Source: a candidate division WOR-3 bacterium (lineage in GTDB: Bacteria; Hydrothermota; Tepidihabitantia; Tepidihabitantales; Tepidihabitantaceae). From it: DNA of 64,000 nucleotides. Of the stretch, positions 10,014-19,400 are shown piece after piece. Numbering within the stretch: position 1 is the first letter of the stretch; each line of letters begins with the position of its first letter. A program made the position numbers and the translations under genes. The DNA is taken from assembly GCA_965649205.1 (NCBI GenBank), contig CBFGJV010000007.1, forward strand, positions 1-64,000. Reading direction: 5' to 3'. The notes beneath the pieces were generated by a model, which saw only the letters and a list, made by a program, of their open reading frames with translations, was not told the DNA's origin and did not search any database.

Positions 10014-10119
10014 AATTAGCGTACCCAGGTTTTCTTTGTACCGGGTGTCCGATGAGCTCCGTGAGAGCAGGACATGTCCGGAGGTTAGAGTTTTGCTAGG
10101 AGGAGCGAGCAATGGCTAA
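9997..10119 (+). other. Candidate bridge ORF nusG to rplK (40 aa)
   Basis: ATG 14 nt before the nusG stop; open across the 98-nt spacer; ends ATGGCTAA on the rplK start. Confidence 0.35.
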
Positions 10120-10540
10120 GAAGGTTGCAGCGGTTGTGAGACTGCAGATTCCAGCTGGTCAGGCAACGGCGGCGCCACCGGTGGGTCCCGCGTTGGGACA
10201 GCACGGAGTAAACATTGCGGAGTTTATCAAAGCGTTCAACGAGGCTACCCGCAAAGAAACGCCGGGCATGATCATCCCTGTGGTTCTTACTATCTACACA
10301 GACCGCAAGTTCACATTTGTGACCAAGAGCCCGCCCGCGTCAGTACTCCTGAAGCAGGCCGCGGGTCTGGCAAAGGGTTCCAGCGAGCCGAATCGGGTCA
10401 AAGTCGGAGTGATCAGCCGGCAGGCAATACGAGAGATAGCGGAAAGGAAAATGAAAGACCTGAATGCCAATGACCTAGAGGCGGCAATAAAGATTATTGA
10501 AGGTACCGCCCACACGATGGGACTGACGGTGGAGGATTAA
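10112..10540 (+). CDS. rplK: 50S ribosomal protein L11
   Basis: [14 protein letters not shown]. Confidence 0.98.
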   Translation: MAKKVAAVVRLQIPAGQATAAPPVGPALGQHGVNIAEFIKAFNEATRKETPGMIIPVVLTIYTDRKFTFVTKSPPASVLLKQAAGLAKGSSEPNRVKVGVISRQAIREIAERKMKDLNANDLEAAIKIIEGTAHTMGLTVED

Positions 10541-11238
10541 TGCGGCATAGCAAGCGTTTTCGCAAGGCTACAGAAGGATTGCAGCCGCAGCGAGTATACG
10601 GGCTGGGGGAAGCACTGGACCAGATCAAGGCCAGGGCAACGGCGAAGTTCGACGAATCTGTGGATATAGCAGTACGTCTGGGCATAGACCCGAAGAAGCA
10701 AGATCAAGCGGTGCGAGGCACGGTCAGCCTGCCGCATGGGACGGGCAAACAGGTGAGGGTCCTGGTGTTCTGCAAGGGAGACAAGGAAGCCGAGGCTAAG
10801 GCTGCCGGTGCTGATTACGTCGGTTTTGAGGACTTGGTGCAGAAGATAAACGAGGGTTGGCTGGAATTCGATGCCGCGGTGGCCACACCGGATACCATGC
10901 CGGTGGTGGGTCGACTGGGCAAGATACTAGCTCCCAAGGGTCTTATGCCTTCGCCTAAGACTAAAACAGTTACCTTTGACGTCGGTCAGACTGTGGCTGC
11001 ATTGAAAGCCGGTCAGATTAGCTACCGGACAGATAAGACTGGAAACGTCCACGCCCTAGTGGGAAAAGTTTCCTTTGACCGGCGTCAGTTGGCGGAGAAT
11101 GTGCGGGCTTTTGTAAGCGAACTGGCGAGAGCCAAGCCGGCGTCCGCTAAGGGACAGTTCATCAGAAAAGTGGTGCTTTCTTCTACCATGGGGCCGGGTT
11201 TTAGAATTGATCTGCGGGAGTTTCCAGGGGTGGTATGA
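10540..11238 (+). CDS. rplA: 50S ribosomal protein L1
   Basis: KFDESVD, LPHGTGK, GLMPSPK, STMGPG. Confidence 0.98.
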   Translation: MRHSKRFRKATEGLQPQRVYGLGEALDQIKARATAKFDESVDIAVRLGIDPKKQDQAVRGTVSLPHGTGKQVRVLVFCKGDKEAEAKAAGADYVGFEDLVQKINEGWLEFDAAVATPDTMPVVGRLGKILAPKGLMPSPKTKTVTFDVGQTVAALKAGQISYRTDKTGNVHALVGKVSFDRRQLAENVRAFVSELARAKPASAKGQFIRKVVLSSTMGPGFRIDLREFPGVV

Positions 11239-11294
11239 GGAAAGTAGAAACGAGTACTGTGCCACCGGGTATCAGGAGAGAAGACTATGCCTAA
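11235..11294 (+). other. Candidate bridge ORF rplA to rplJ (19 aa)
   Basis: ATGA overlap with the rplA stop; ends ATGCCTAA on the rplJ start. Confidence 0.4.
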
Positions 11295-11820
11295 GCAGGA
11301 AAAAGTGCTGGAAGTAGCCAAGCTCAAGGAGCTGCTTTCTGGAGCTTCGGCGATATACTTCGTGGATTTTACCGCCATTCCGGCGAACGATTTTAATCAG
11401 GTACGGCGGCGTCTGCGCGAAAACGGAGCCGCTGTGCGCGTAGCCAAGAACAGGTTAGCCCTTAGGGCACTGAAGGAATGTGGTCTGGCTGAAGGTGTGG
11501 ATAAGTTTTTGCGCGGTCCTACTTCTTTGGTAATAGGTTCGGAAGATCCGATAGCCCCGGCCCGTGTTTTGCGCGAGCTACAGAAGAAACTGGAGAATCT
11601 GAAAGTAAAGGGTGTCTATCTAGACGGGACAGCGCATCCGGCTGACCGGTTCAATTATCTGGCAACGCTGCCGACCAAGGCTGAGTTGCGGGCTGAGGTA
11701 GTGGGTGTTCTGGCCGGACCGATTTCTGGCCTGGTATGGGCCTTGGAAGGACTGTTGAGCGAGTTTGTGTATGTGGTGGAGGAAGTGGCGAAAAAGTCCT
11801 CGCCGGCAGAGGGTGCGTAG
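11287..11820 (+). CDS. rplJ: 50S ribosomal protein L10
   Basis: VAKNRL, GPT, LATLPTK; gene order. Confidence 0.96.
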   Translation: MPKQEKVLEVAKLKELLSGASAIYFVDFTAIPANDFNQVRRRLRENGAAVRVAKNRLALRALKECGLAEGVDKFLRGPTSLVIGSEDPIAPARVLRELQKKLENLKVKGVYLDGTAHPADRFNYLATLPTKAELRAEVVGVLAGPISGLVWALEGLLSEFVYVVEEVAKKSSPAEGA

Positions 11821-11887
11821 GAAGAGAATTGCTGCTACTAAGTCACATCGTGTGAGTTGATTGTAAGAATATATGTCAGGAGGAATA

Positions 11888-12286
11888 ATGGCAGAAGGTA
11901 AGGTTCAGCAGGTAATAGAGGCAATTGAAGGTTTGACAGTTACAGAACTGGCGAGCCTGGTAAAAGAGCTCAAGGAAAAGTTCGGCGTTACCGGTCCGGC
12001 GGTTATTTCAGCGGGCGCCATGCCGACAACCGGACCTGCCGGGGCGGCTGCGGCAGAACCTGCAGCTGAGGAAAAGACAGAGTTTACCGTGCAGCTTGTT
12101 TCGGTTGGAGACAAGAAGATTCAGGTTCTGAAGGAATTGCGCGCCGTCACCCAGCTGGGACTGAAAGAGGCCAAAGACATTATTGACGGGGTTCCCAGCA
12201 TTATCAAAGACAACGCTTCCAAGGAAGAGGCGCAGAAGATAAAGGCGAAGCTGGAAGAGGTTGGAGCCAAGGTTGAAATAAAGTGA
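11888..12286 (+). CDS. rplL: 50S ribosomal protein L7/L12
   Basis: EEKTEF, LGLKEAK; AGGAGG RBS before ATG 11888. Confidence 0.98.
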   Translation: MAEGKVQQVIEAIEGLTVTELASLVKELKEKFGVTGPAVISAGAMPTTGPAGAAAAEPAAEEKTEFTVQLVSVGDKKIQVLKELRAVTQLGLKEAKDIIDGVPSIIKDNASKEEAQKIKAKLEEVGAKVEIK

Positions 12287-12420
12287 CGCGAGGCGTCACC
12301 CTGAGAGAAACGGCGCGGGTGCCGGCAGCAGAGTTTTTCTTCGAACAGATTTCTGTTGCCGGCCTTATTACCGGATCAGAAGGCGCTTCGAGACGCAGAA
12401 AATGGAGGCTACCGGGATGA
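12283..12420 (+). other. Candidate bridge ORF rplL to rpoB (45 aa)
   Basis: GTGA overlap with the rplL stop and ATGA overlap with rpoB ATG 12417; no internal stop. Confidence 0.45.
12321..12369 (+). terminator. Attenuator-like hairpin in the rplL-rpoB spacer
   Basis: GCCGGCAGCAGAG pairs with TTCTGTTGCCGGC (two G-U pairs), followed by a weak CTTATT tail. Confidence 0.5.
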
Positions 12421-15400
12421 AGCAGAAGGATTTCTCCAAGGCCGGTACCCTGCTGGAGATACCGAACCTGCTTTCACTCCAGCTTAGTTCTTTTGCCGAC
12501 TTTGTGCAGTACGGCGTGGAGCCGAGCAAGCGCAAACGGCAGGGCCTGCAGCTGGTACTGGAAGAAACTTTTCCCATAGAGGATCAACAGAAAGACTTCA
12601 GCCTGGAGTTTGTGCACTATACCATAGGGGAACCAAAATATACGCCGGAAGAGGCAATAGCCAAGGGTGCAAATTACGCCCTTCCGCTCAAGGCTGTCTT
12701 CCGCATGGTACGGCGAGACCCCAACTCCAGTTCAGGCCGGCCGGCAGAGGTGCTAGAGCAGGAAGTGTTCTTCTGCGACCTGCCCTGGATGACAGCCAAC
12801 GGTACCTTCGTTATCAACGGCGTAGAGCGCGTGGTAGTGAATCAGTTGCATCGAGCTCCTGGGGTGTACTTTGGTCAAGAGGGCGGCGAGTATTCTGCCT
12901 TGCTGGTTCCCCTGCGCGGGGCTTGGTTTGAAGTGGTGGTGGACAAACACCGAACCATGGTGGTGCTTCTGGACCGAAGGCGGCGTATTTCTGCGGCTAC
13001 CTTCATGCGGGCGATAGGTGTTACGCATGAAGAACTGGTGGAGAGTCTGTATGAGGTAAAGCTGTGCAAATTGGCTACCGGCCAGATGATTGCCCGTACT
13101 ATTCGGGGCGATGATGCCGTGTATGCGAGGCCGGGAGACATGGTAACTGAAGGCCTGTTGGAGTTTCTCGCCAGCCGGGGGGTGACTGAGGGATATGTGG
13201 TGGATGCCGAACTGCCAGGTGTAGATATACTGGCTAATACTTTGCAGGCGGACAAGACCGAATCACGCGAGGAAGCCATCAAGCAGATTTATTACCGTCT
13301 GCGTTCCATCGCTCCTCATTCCCTGGAAGTGGCAGAGAACGTTATCGTGGGGATGTTGTTTGACCCGAGGCGCTTCGAACTGGCCGAGGTGGGACGCTAC
13401 AAGTTGAATCGCCGGCTGATGCGGGATGTACCGTTGACCGAGACGGGGCTTCTGAAGGGGGATGTGCTTGCCATAATGTCTCATCTTCTGGCCATAGCCG
13501 GCGACGCTCGGCTGCGGCGGATTAGATGCACGGCTAGAAGCGAAAAAGAAAGAAATACGATTTTGACAGCATTGCGAGATGTAGGTTTAGAACCGGGGGA
13601 GTACTTCTGGCACGAGCGTCTTGGTTTTGTGGACCTGGTGTATCGGCAGGGTGGTGCCGGAGAACGCGCCGAGGAGTTTCTGCGCAACTCGGGTATAACC
13701 TTTACCAGCGAGTTTATCCGTTATCAGCTGGACGACGTAGATCATCTGGCTAATCGACGTGTGAAACAGGTAGGCGAGCTTCTGGAAAATCAGTTCCGGG
13801 CCGCCTTGATGCAGTTGGCTCAGAGCATCAGGGAGCGGGCGGCTTTCGTGGATGACAGTCAGCTTACACCGCAGGAATTGGTCAATACGCGCGTCGTAGC
13901 TAATGCGGTGATGAAGTTCTTTACGCAGAGCCAGCTCTGTCAGTTTATGGAGCAGACCAACCCTCTGGCCGAACTTACGCACAAACGGAGGGTCTCTACT
14001 CTGGGTCCGGGAGGATTGACCAGAGAAACAGCGGGATTTGAGGTGCGAGACGTGCACTATTCGCACTATGGACGTATATGTCCTATCGAGACGCCAGAAG
14101 GGCCCAATATCGGTCTTATCTCGACTCTTTCCACATTTGCGCAAGTGGACCGGTATGGTTTTATAGATACGCCTTACTGGCCGGTGCGGGACGGGAAAGT
14201 TTTGATGGAGCCGGGTAAGCAGGTTTATCTGAACCCGGAGGAAGAGGAGAACTACACTATCGCCCAGGCCAATACTCCGCTGGATGCCGAAGGCCGGTTT
14301 GTAGGTAATGAAATAGTATGCCGTCGGCAGGGAGACGTGGTGACAGTTCCACCGGAGCAGGTGGACTTCATGGACGTTTCCCCCATGCAATTGTTTTCTC
14401 CTTCCACTATTCTCATTCCGTTTCTAGAGCATGACGACGCCGACCGGGCTCTCATGGGCTCCAACATGGAGCGACAGGCGGTTCCGCTTCTGGTTCCGCA
14501 GAAGCCTCTGGTGGCCACCGGGGTAGAACAGAAGTTTGCTACCGAGTCCGGAGCGGTATTGCGGGCGCAGGAAGCGGGAACGGTAGTTAAGGTAGATGCG
14601 CGTACCATTGTGGTACGTTCCGAGGCGGGCTTGACCGAGTATCGCCTGCTGAAGTACAAGAAGTCCAATCAGTACACTTGTCTGTCGCAGCGACCGGTGG
14701 TGAAGGTGGGAGACGTAGTAAAGAAGGGGGATTTGCTGGCCGATGGCCCGGCTACCGAGGACGGACAACTGGCCATGGGACGCAATGTTTTTGTGGCTTT
14801 TGTTCCCTGGCGCGGATACAACTACGAGGACGCCATCATAGTCTCGGAAAAGCTCTTGGCAGAGGACGCCTTTACCTCCATACAGATATTGGAGTTTGAG
14901 ATTCAGGCGAGAGAAACCAGGCTGGGCGCAGAAGAAATTACCCGTGATATTCCTGGTGCTACCGAGGAGGAGCTGAGCAATCTGGATGATTTCGGCATTA
15001 TTCGCGTAGGTGCTGAAGTTGGACCCGGGGATATTCTGGTGGGGCGGATTACTCCGAAGGGAGAAACGGAGTTTACGCCGGAAGAGAGGTTGCTGCGCGC
15101 TATTTTCGGGGAGAAGGCTTCTAACGTGAAAGATACTTCTCTACGAGTGGACCCGGGTACCTTTGGAGTAGTGGTAAATCGCCGGATTCTTTCGCGTAAG
15201 CTCAACGATGCAATGAGCCGGCGGCTGGAGCGTGAGAGAGTGCGCGAGGCTGAACACAAGTTTGAGTTGCGTAAGCAGTTTCTGGTTGAGCGCAGGAACA
15301 GTAAGCTGCGCGACCTGCTGCGGGGGCAGAAGGCGGCTGCACCGGCGAGGGATGCTAAAGGCCGAATAGTGCACAAGGCCGGGCATCCCATCACGGATGA

Positions 15401-16370
15401 ATTTCTCGAGTCAGAAGAGTTTTTGAAGGTGAGAAATTACGAGCAACTGGTGTCGAATCCCAAGAAGCAGCAAGCTATCCGGCAGGCATTGAAAGAATAC
15501 GAAGAAGAGTTGGAGCAGGCGGAGAAGGAGAAACAGCAGGAACTGGAGAGAATGGCTACTGGTGATGAGTTACCGCATGGCGTATTGAAGTGGATTACCA
15601 TCTTCATTGCTCAGAAGCGTCGCCTGTCATGCGGAGACAAAATGGCCGGAAGACACGGTAACAAGGGTGTAGTAGCCAAAGTGCTTCCTGTGGAGGATAT
15701 GCCCTATATTTCGGTTGCAGCAGACAGTCCTGATGCTTCAGAGACAATAAAGAATATGCGCGGGTTGCCGGTGGATTTGGTGCTCAATCCTCTGGGAGTT
15801 CCTTCGCGTATGAACCTAGGACAGGTGTTGGAAACACATCTGGGCTGGGCTGCCAGTGTGCTTGGGTATCAGGCCATCTGTCCGGTGTTCCGGTCGGCCA
15901 CTCCGGAGGAGATAAAAGAGGAATTACGGGCAGCCGGATTGCCGGAGGATGGCAAGATAGTTCTCTACGACGGTCGTACCGGTGAGCCTTTCTTGGAGAA
16001 GGTCACAGTAGGCATGATCTATATGATGAAACTGATACATATGGTTGACGACAAAATTCATGCGCGTTCCACCGGCCGTTATTCGTTGATTACCCAGCAG
16101 CCGCTGGGCGGTAAGGCTCAGTTTGGCGGACAGCGATTCGGGGAGATGGAGGTGTGGGCTCTGGAGGCCTACGGGGCGGCTCATGCTTTGCAAGAAATGC
16201 TTACCATCAAGTCTGACGATGTGGAAGGAAGAAGCGTGCTCTATGAAGCTCTTATCCGGGGTAAGAACCCGCCGCGGCCAAAGCCGCCAGCCTCTTTCTC
16301 GGTGCTGGTGAGGGAACTGCAAGGTCTGGGTTTGGAGCTAATTCCTGAACGCTTGGAGGAAAAAGCATGA
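12417..16370 (+). CDS. rpoB: DNA-directed RNA polymerase subunit beta
   Basis: GTFVINGVERVVV, ETPEGPNIGL, GDKMAGRHGNKGVV, GGQRFGEMEVWA. Confidence 0.99.
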   Translation: MKQKDFSKAGTLLEIPNLLSLQLSSFADFVQYGVEPSKRKRQGLQLVLEETFPIEDQQKDFSLEFVHYTIGEPKYTPEEAIAKGANYALPLKAVFRMVRRDPNSSSGRPAEVLEQEVFFCDLPWMTANGTFVINGVERVVVNQLHRAPGVYFGQEGGEYSALLVPLRGAWFEVVVDKHRTMVVLLDRRRRISAATFMRAIGVTHEELVESLYEVKLCKLATGQMIARTIRGDDAVYARPGDMVTEGLLEFLASRGVTEGYVVDAELPGVDILANTLQADKTESREEAIKQIYYRLRSIAPHSLEVAENVIVGMLFDPRRFELAEVGRYKLNRRLMRDVPLTETGLLKGDVLAIMSHLLAIAGDARLRRIRCTARSEKERNTILTALRDVGLEPGEYFWHERLGFVDLVYRQGGAGERAEEFLRNSGITFTSEFIRYQLDDVDHLANRRVKQVGELLENQFRAALMQLAQSIRERAAFVDDSQLTPQELVNTRVVANAVMKFFTQSQLCQFMEQTNPLAELTHKRRVSTLGPGGLTRETAGFEVRDVHYSHYGRICPIETPEGPNIGLISTLSTFAQVDRYGFIDTPYWPVRDGKVLMEPGKQVYLNPEEEENYTIAQANTPLDAEGRFVGNEIVCRRQGDVVTVPPEQVDFMDVSPMQLFSPSTILIPFLEHDDADRALMGSNMERQAVPLLVPQKPLVATGVEQKFATESGAVLRAQEAGTVVKVDARTIVVRSEAGLTEYRLLKYKKSNQYTCLSQRPVVKVGDVVKKGDLLADGPATEDGQLAMGRNVFVAFVPWRGYNYEDAIIVSEKLLAEDAFTSIQILEFEIQARETRLGAEEITRDIPGATEEELSNLDDFGIIRVGAEVGPGDILVGRITPKGETEFTPEERLLRAIFGEKASNVKDTSLRVDPGTFGVVVNRRILSRKLNDAMSRRLERERVREAEHKFELRKQFLVERRNSKLRDLLRGQKAAAPARDAKGRIVHKAGHPITDEFLESEEFLKVRNYEQLVSNPKKQQAIRQALKEYEEELEQAEKEKQQELERMATGDELPHGVLKWITIFIAQKRRLSCGDKMAGRHGNKGVVAKVLPVEDMPYISVAADSPDASETIKNMRGLPVDLVLNPLGVPSRMNLGQVLETHLGWAASVLGYQAICPVFRSATPEEIKEELRAAGLPEDGKIVLYDGRTGEPFLEKVTVGMIYMMKLIHMVDDKIHARSTGRYSLITQQPLGGKAQFGGQRFGEMEVWALEAYGAAHALQEMLTIKSDDVEGRSVLYEALIRGKNPPRPKPPASFSVLVRELQGLGLELIPERLEEKA

Positions 16371-16444
16371 GGGAGCGTTGCGGGGTACAGATAGAAAACG
16401 AAGAGCGGGCAAGGGATGAAGTAGGAGGAGGGTGGAAGCGATGA
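16367..16444 (+). other. Candidate bridge ORF rpoB to rpoC (25 aa)
   Basis: ATGA overlaps at both ends; GGAGG 7 nt upstream. Confidence 0.45.
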
Positions 16445-19400
16445 TAGCTGACAGAGATTTCAGAGATTTTGATGCGCTTCGGCTGAGGCTGGCTTCGCCT
16501 GAGACAATCCGCAGCTGGTCTTCGGGAGAGGTGGTAAAGCCGGAGACGATCAACTACCGGACGCAGAAACCGGAACGTGATGGTCTGTTCTGCGAGCGGA
16601 TATTCGGTCCGGTCAAGGATTACGAATGTAACTGCGGAAAATACAAGAAAATTCGTTATAAGGGCATAGTCTGCGACCGTTGCGGCGTGGAGGTGACCAC
16701 TTCTTCTGTACGCCGGCACAGAATGGGCCATATCGATCTGGTGGTACCGGTTGCGCACACCCTGTTTTACCAGGTGCCGCCTTCGAAGATAGGGCTGATG
16801 CTGGCTCTCACCATCAATCAGGTGGAGACAATTCTGAACTACGAGGCGTACATAGTAATAGAGCCGGGCGATTCTCCGTACAAGAAGAATGAACTTCTGG
16901 CTGAGGAAGACGTGCGCGAGTGCCGGTCTCGCTATGAGGGCTTCCAGGCCGACACAGGTGCACCGGCTCTGAAGACACTTCTGAGCAAAGTCGAACTTGA
17001 CGACTTGGCCGCAGAGCTGCGCACACGTATAAAGCACGAGACTTCGCGGCGTTTTGATTTGTTGCGCCGGTTACGAGTGGTGGAGGCTTTCCGTTCTTCG
17101 GGGGCACGTCCGGAGTGGATGATACTGGATGTGTTGCCAGTCATACCTCCGGACCTGCGACCGCTGGTACCTCTGGAAGGAGGCCGTTACGCTACAAGTG
17201 ACCTGAATGACCTTTACAAGCGAGTTATAGTAAGAAACAACCGGTTGAAGCATCTGATGTCCATCAAGACACCGGACATCATTCTCAAGAATGAGAAGCG
17301 GATGTTGCAGGATGCGGTGGACACGTTGTTTTCCAATGAGACCCGGCCGCGACCAGTAAGGGGCAGAGGTAATCGGCCGCTGAAGTCGTTGTGCGAGGCG
17401 TTGCGTGGTAAACAGGGCAGGTTCCGACGGAATCTGTTGGGTAAACGGGTGGACTATTCGGGTCGGTCGGTGATAGTGGTGGACCCGACCTTGAAGCTGC
17501 ATCAGTGCAGTCTTCCGAAGGAGATGGCACTGGAATTGTTCAAGCCGATGATTTTGCGGGAACTGGAAGCAAGACATCTAGCCGAGTCAGAGCGCGGAGC
17601 CAAGTCCATGTACCGCCGAGAAGCGCCGGAAGTGTGGGAAGTGCTGGAAGAGGTCACTAAAGACCATCCGGTACTGCTGAACCGGGCACCTACTCTACAC
17701 CGGGTTTCCATAGAAGGATTCTTCCCGGTTTTGTCCGAACAGAGGGCCATCGGCATACATCCTTTGGTCTGTCCGCCTTTCAACGCCGATTTTGATGGCG
17801 ATACGATGTCCGTGCATGTGCCTCTGACTCCAGAAGCCATCATGGAGACCGCGGTACTGACGCTGTCTTCCCACAATATTCTGTCGCCGGCCCACGGTCG
17901 GCCCCTGATGGTTCCTTCTCAGGACATCGTGGCGGGCGTGTACTTTATGACCAAGGAGAGACCTTCCCTGGGAAAGGCGAAGAAGCATTTTGATGACTTT
18001 GCCACGGTGCGTTCTGCCTACGAGCTGGGTGAGCTGCAGGTGCACGAGCCGGTAGTGTTCCATTATGGCGGCCAGCGGTACGAAACGACAGTGGGGCGTG
18101 TATTGTTGAACGAGGTGTTGCCCGAACAGTTGCGGTTTGTGAATGAGACCTATGCGAAGGACAAGCTGACGGCATTGATCGATCGGTGTGCCCGCAAGCT
18201 GGGTATGGATACGACTGCGCGGTTGCTCGATGCTATAGAAGAGCTGGGTTTTGAGATGGCTACCAAATCCGGTCTGTCTATCGGGATGGAAGATGTAGCT
18301 GTGCCGGAGGAAAAGGCAGAGGTTTTGGAGCGTTCAGAGAAGGCGTTGCGGCGGGTGTACCGGGCATACGAGAAAGGTCAGATGACAGACTCAGAAAAGT
18401 ACAATCTGGTTGTGAATACTTGGACGCTGGCCACGGCAGAAGTGGAAGAAGCGTTGATGAAGAAGCTGAGCCAGGATAGAGAAGGTTTTAATCCGGTATT
18501 CATGCTGATTGACTCGGGGGCACGAGGTTCACGCACGCAGGCCGCGCAGATCGGCGGTATGCGGGGGTTGATGGCGAAGCCGCAACGTCGTTCGGTGGGC
18601 GAAGAAGTAATAGAAACACCCATAAAGAGCTCTTTCCTCGAAGGACTGTCGGTGTGGGAGTATTTCATTTCCACCCACGGCGCACGCAAGGGGCTTACCG
18701 ATACGGCTCTGAAAACAGCCGAGGCCGGGTATTTGACCCGCAGGCTGGTGGATGTGGCCCAAGACGTGGTCATCACGATGGAGGACTGCGGTACCATTCT
18801 GGGGCAGGAGGTAACCGCGCTCCGTGAGGGGGGCGACATAGTTGAGCCGTTGTCGGAACGTATTGCCGGTCGGTTTGCGGTGGACGATGTGGTCAACCCG
18901 GTGTCAGGTGAAGTAATCGTGCGGGCGGGGGAGGAAATTTCAGACGAGGCAGCGGAGGAGATTGAAGATTACGGTATCGAGTCGGTACGGGTCAGGTCGG
19001 TACTCACCTGCGAGGCTCCTACCGGTTTGTGCGTAAAATGTTATGGGCGGAATTTGGCCACGGGTCGTCTGGTGGAAATCGGTGAGGCGGTGGGTACAGT
19101 GGCGGCCCAGTCTATCGGGGAACCTGGAACTCAGCTCACCTTGAAGACTTTCCACGTAGGCGGTGTGGCCGCGCGGGTGGCAGAAGAAACCAAGGCGGTG
19201 GCCAAGTTTCCCGGCAAGGTCAAGTTCGAAGGTTTGAATGTTTCGGTTCGAAGCGATGGCGAGACTGTGGCTCTGGATCAGGGTCGGATTATTGTTACCG
19301 CGCCGGACCGTGCTGTGCCGTTCAATGTCCCAGCCGGGGCAGTGATAAGGGTGAAAGACGGCCAGGATGCGACAGAAGGCGAAATTCTGTTTGAGTGGGA

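Noticed and set aside
10014..10111. L1-binding regulatory site before rplK
   Set aside because: Hairpins are possible but I could not match the L1-site consensus
11239..11286. L10 leader RNA before rplJ
   Set aside because: Spacer is only 48 nt and no recognisable leader structure was seen
16368..16394. Sec/readthrough of the rpoB UGA producing an RpoB-RpoC fusion
   Set aside because: An in-frame TAG follows 7 codons later and rpoC is in a different frame
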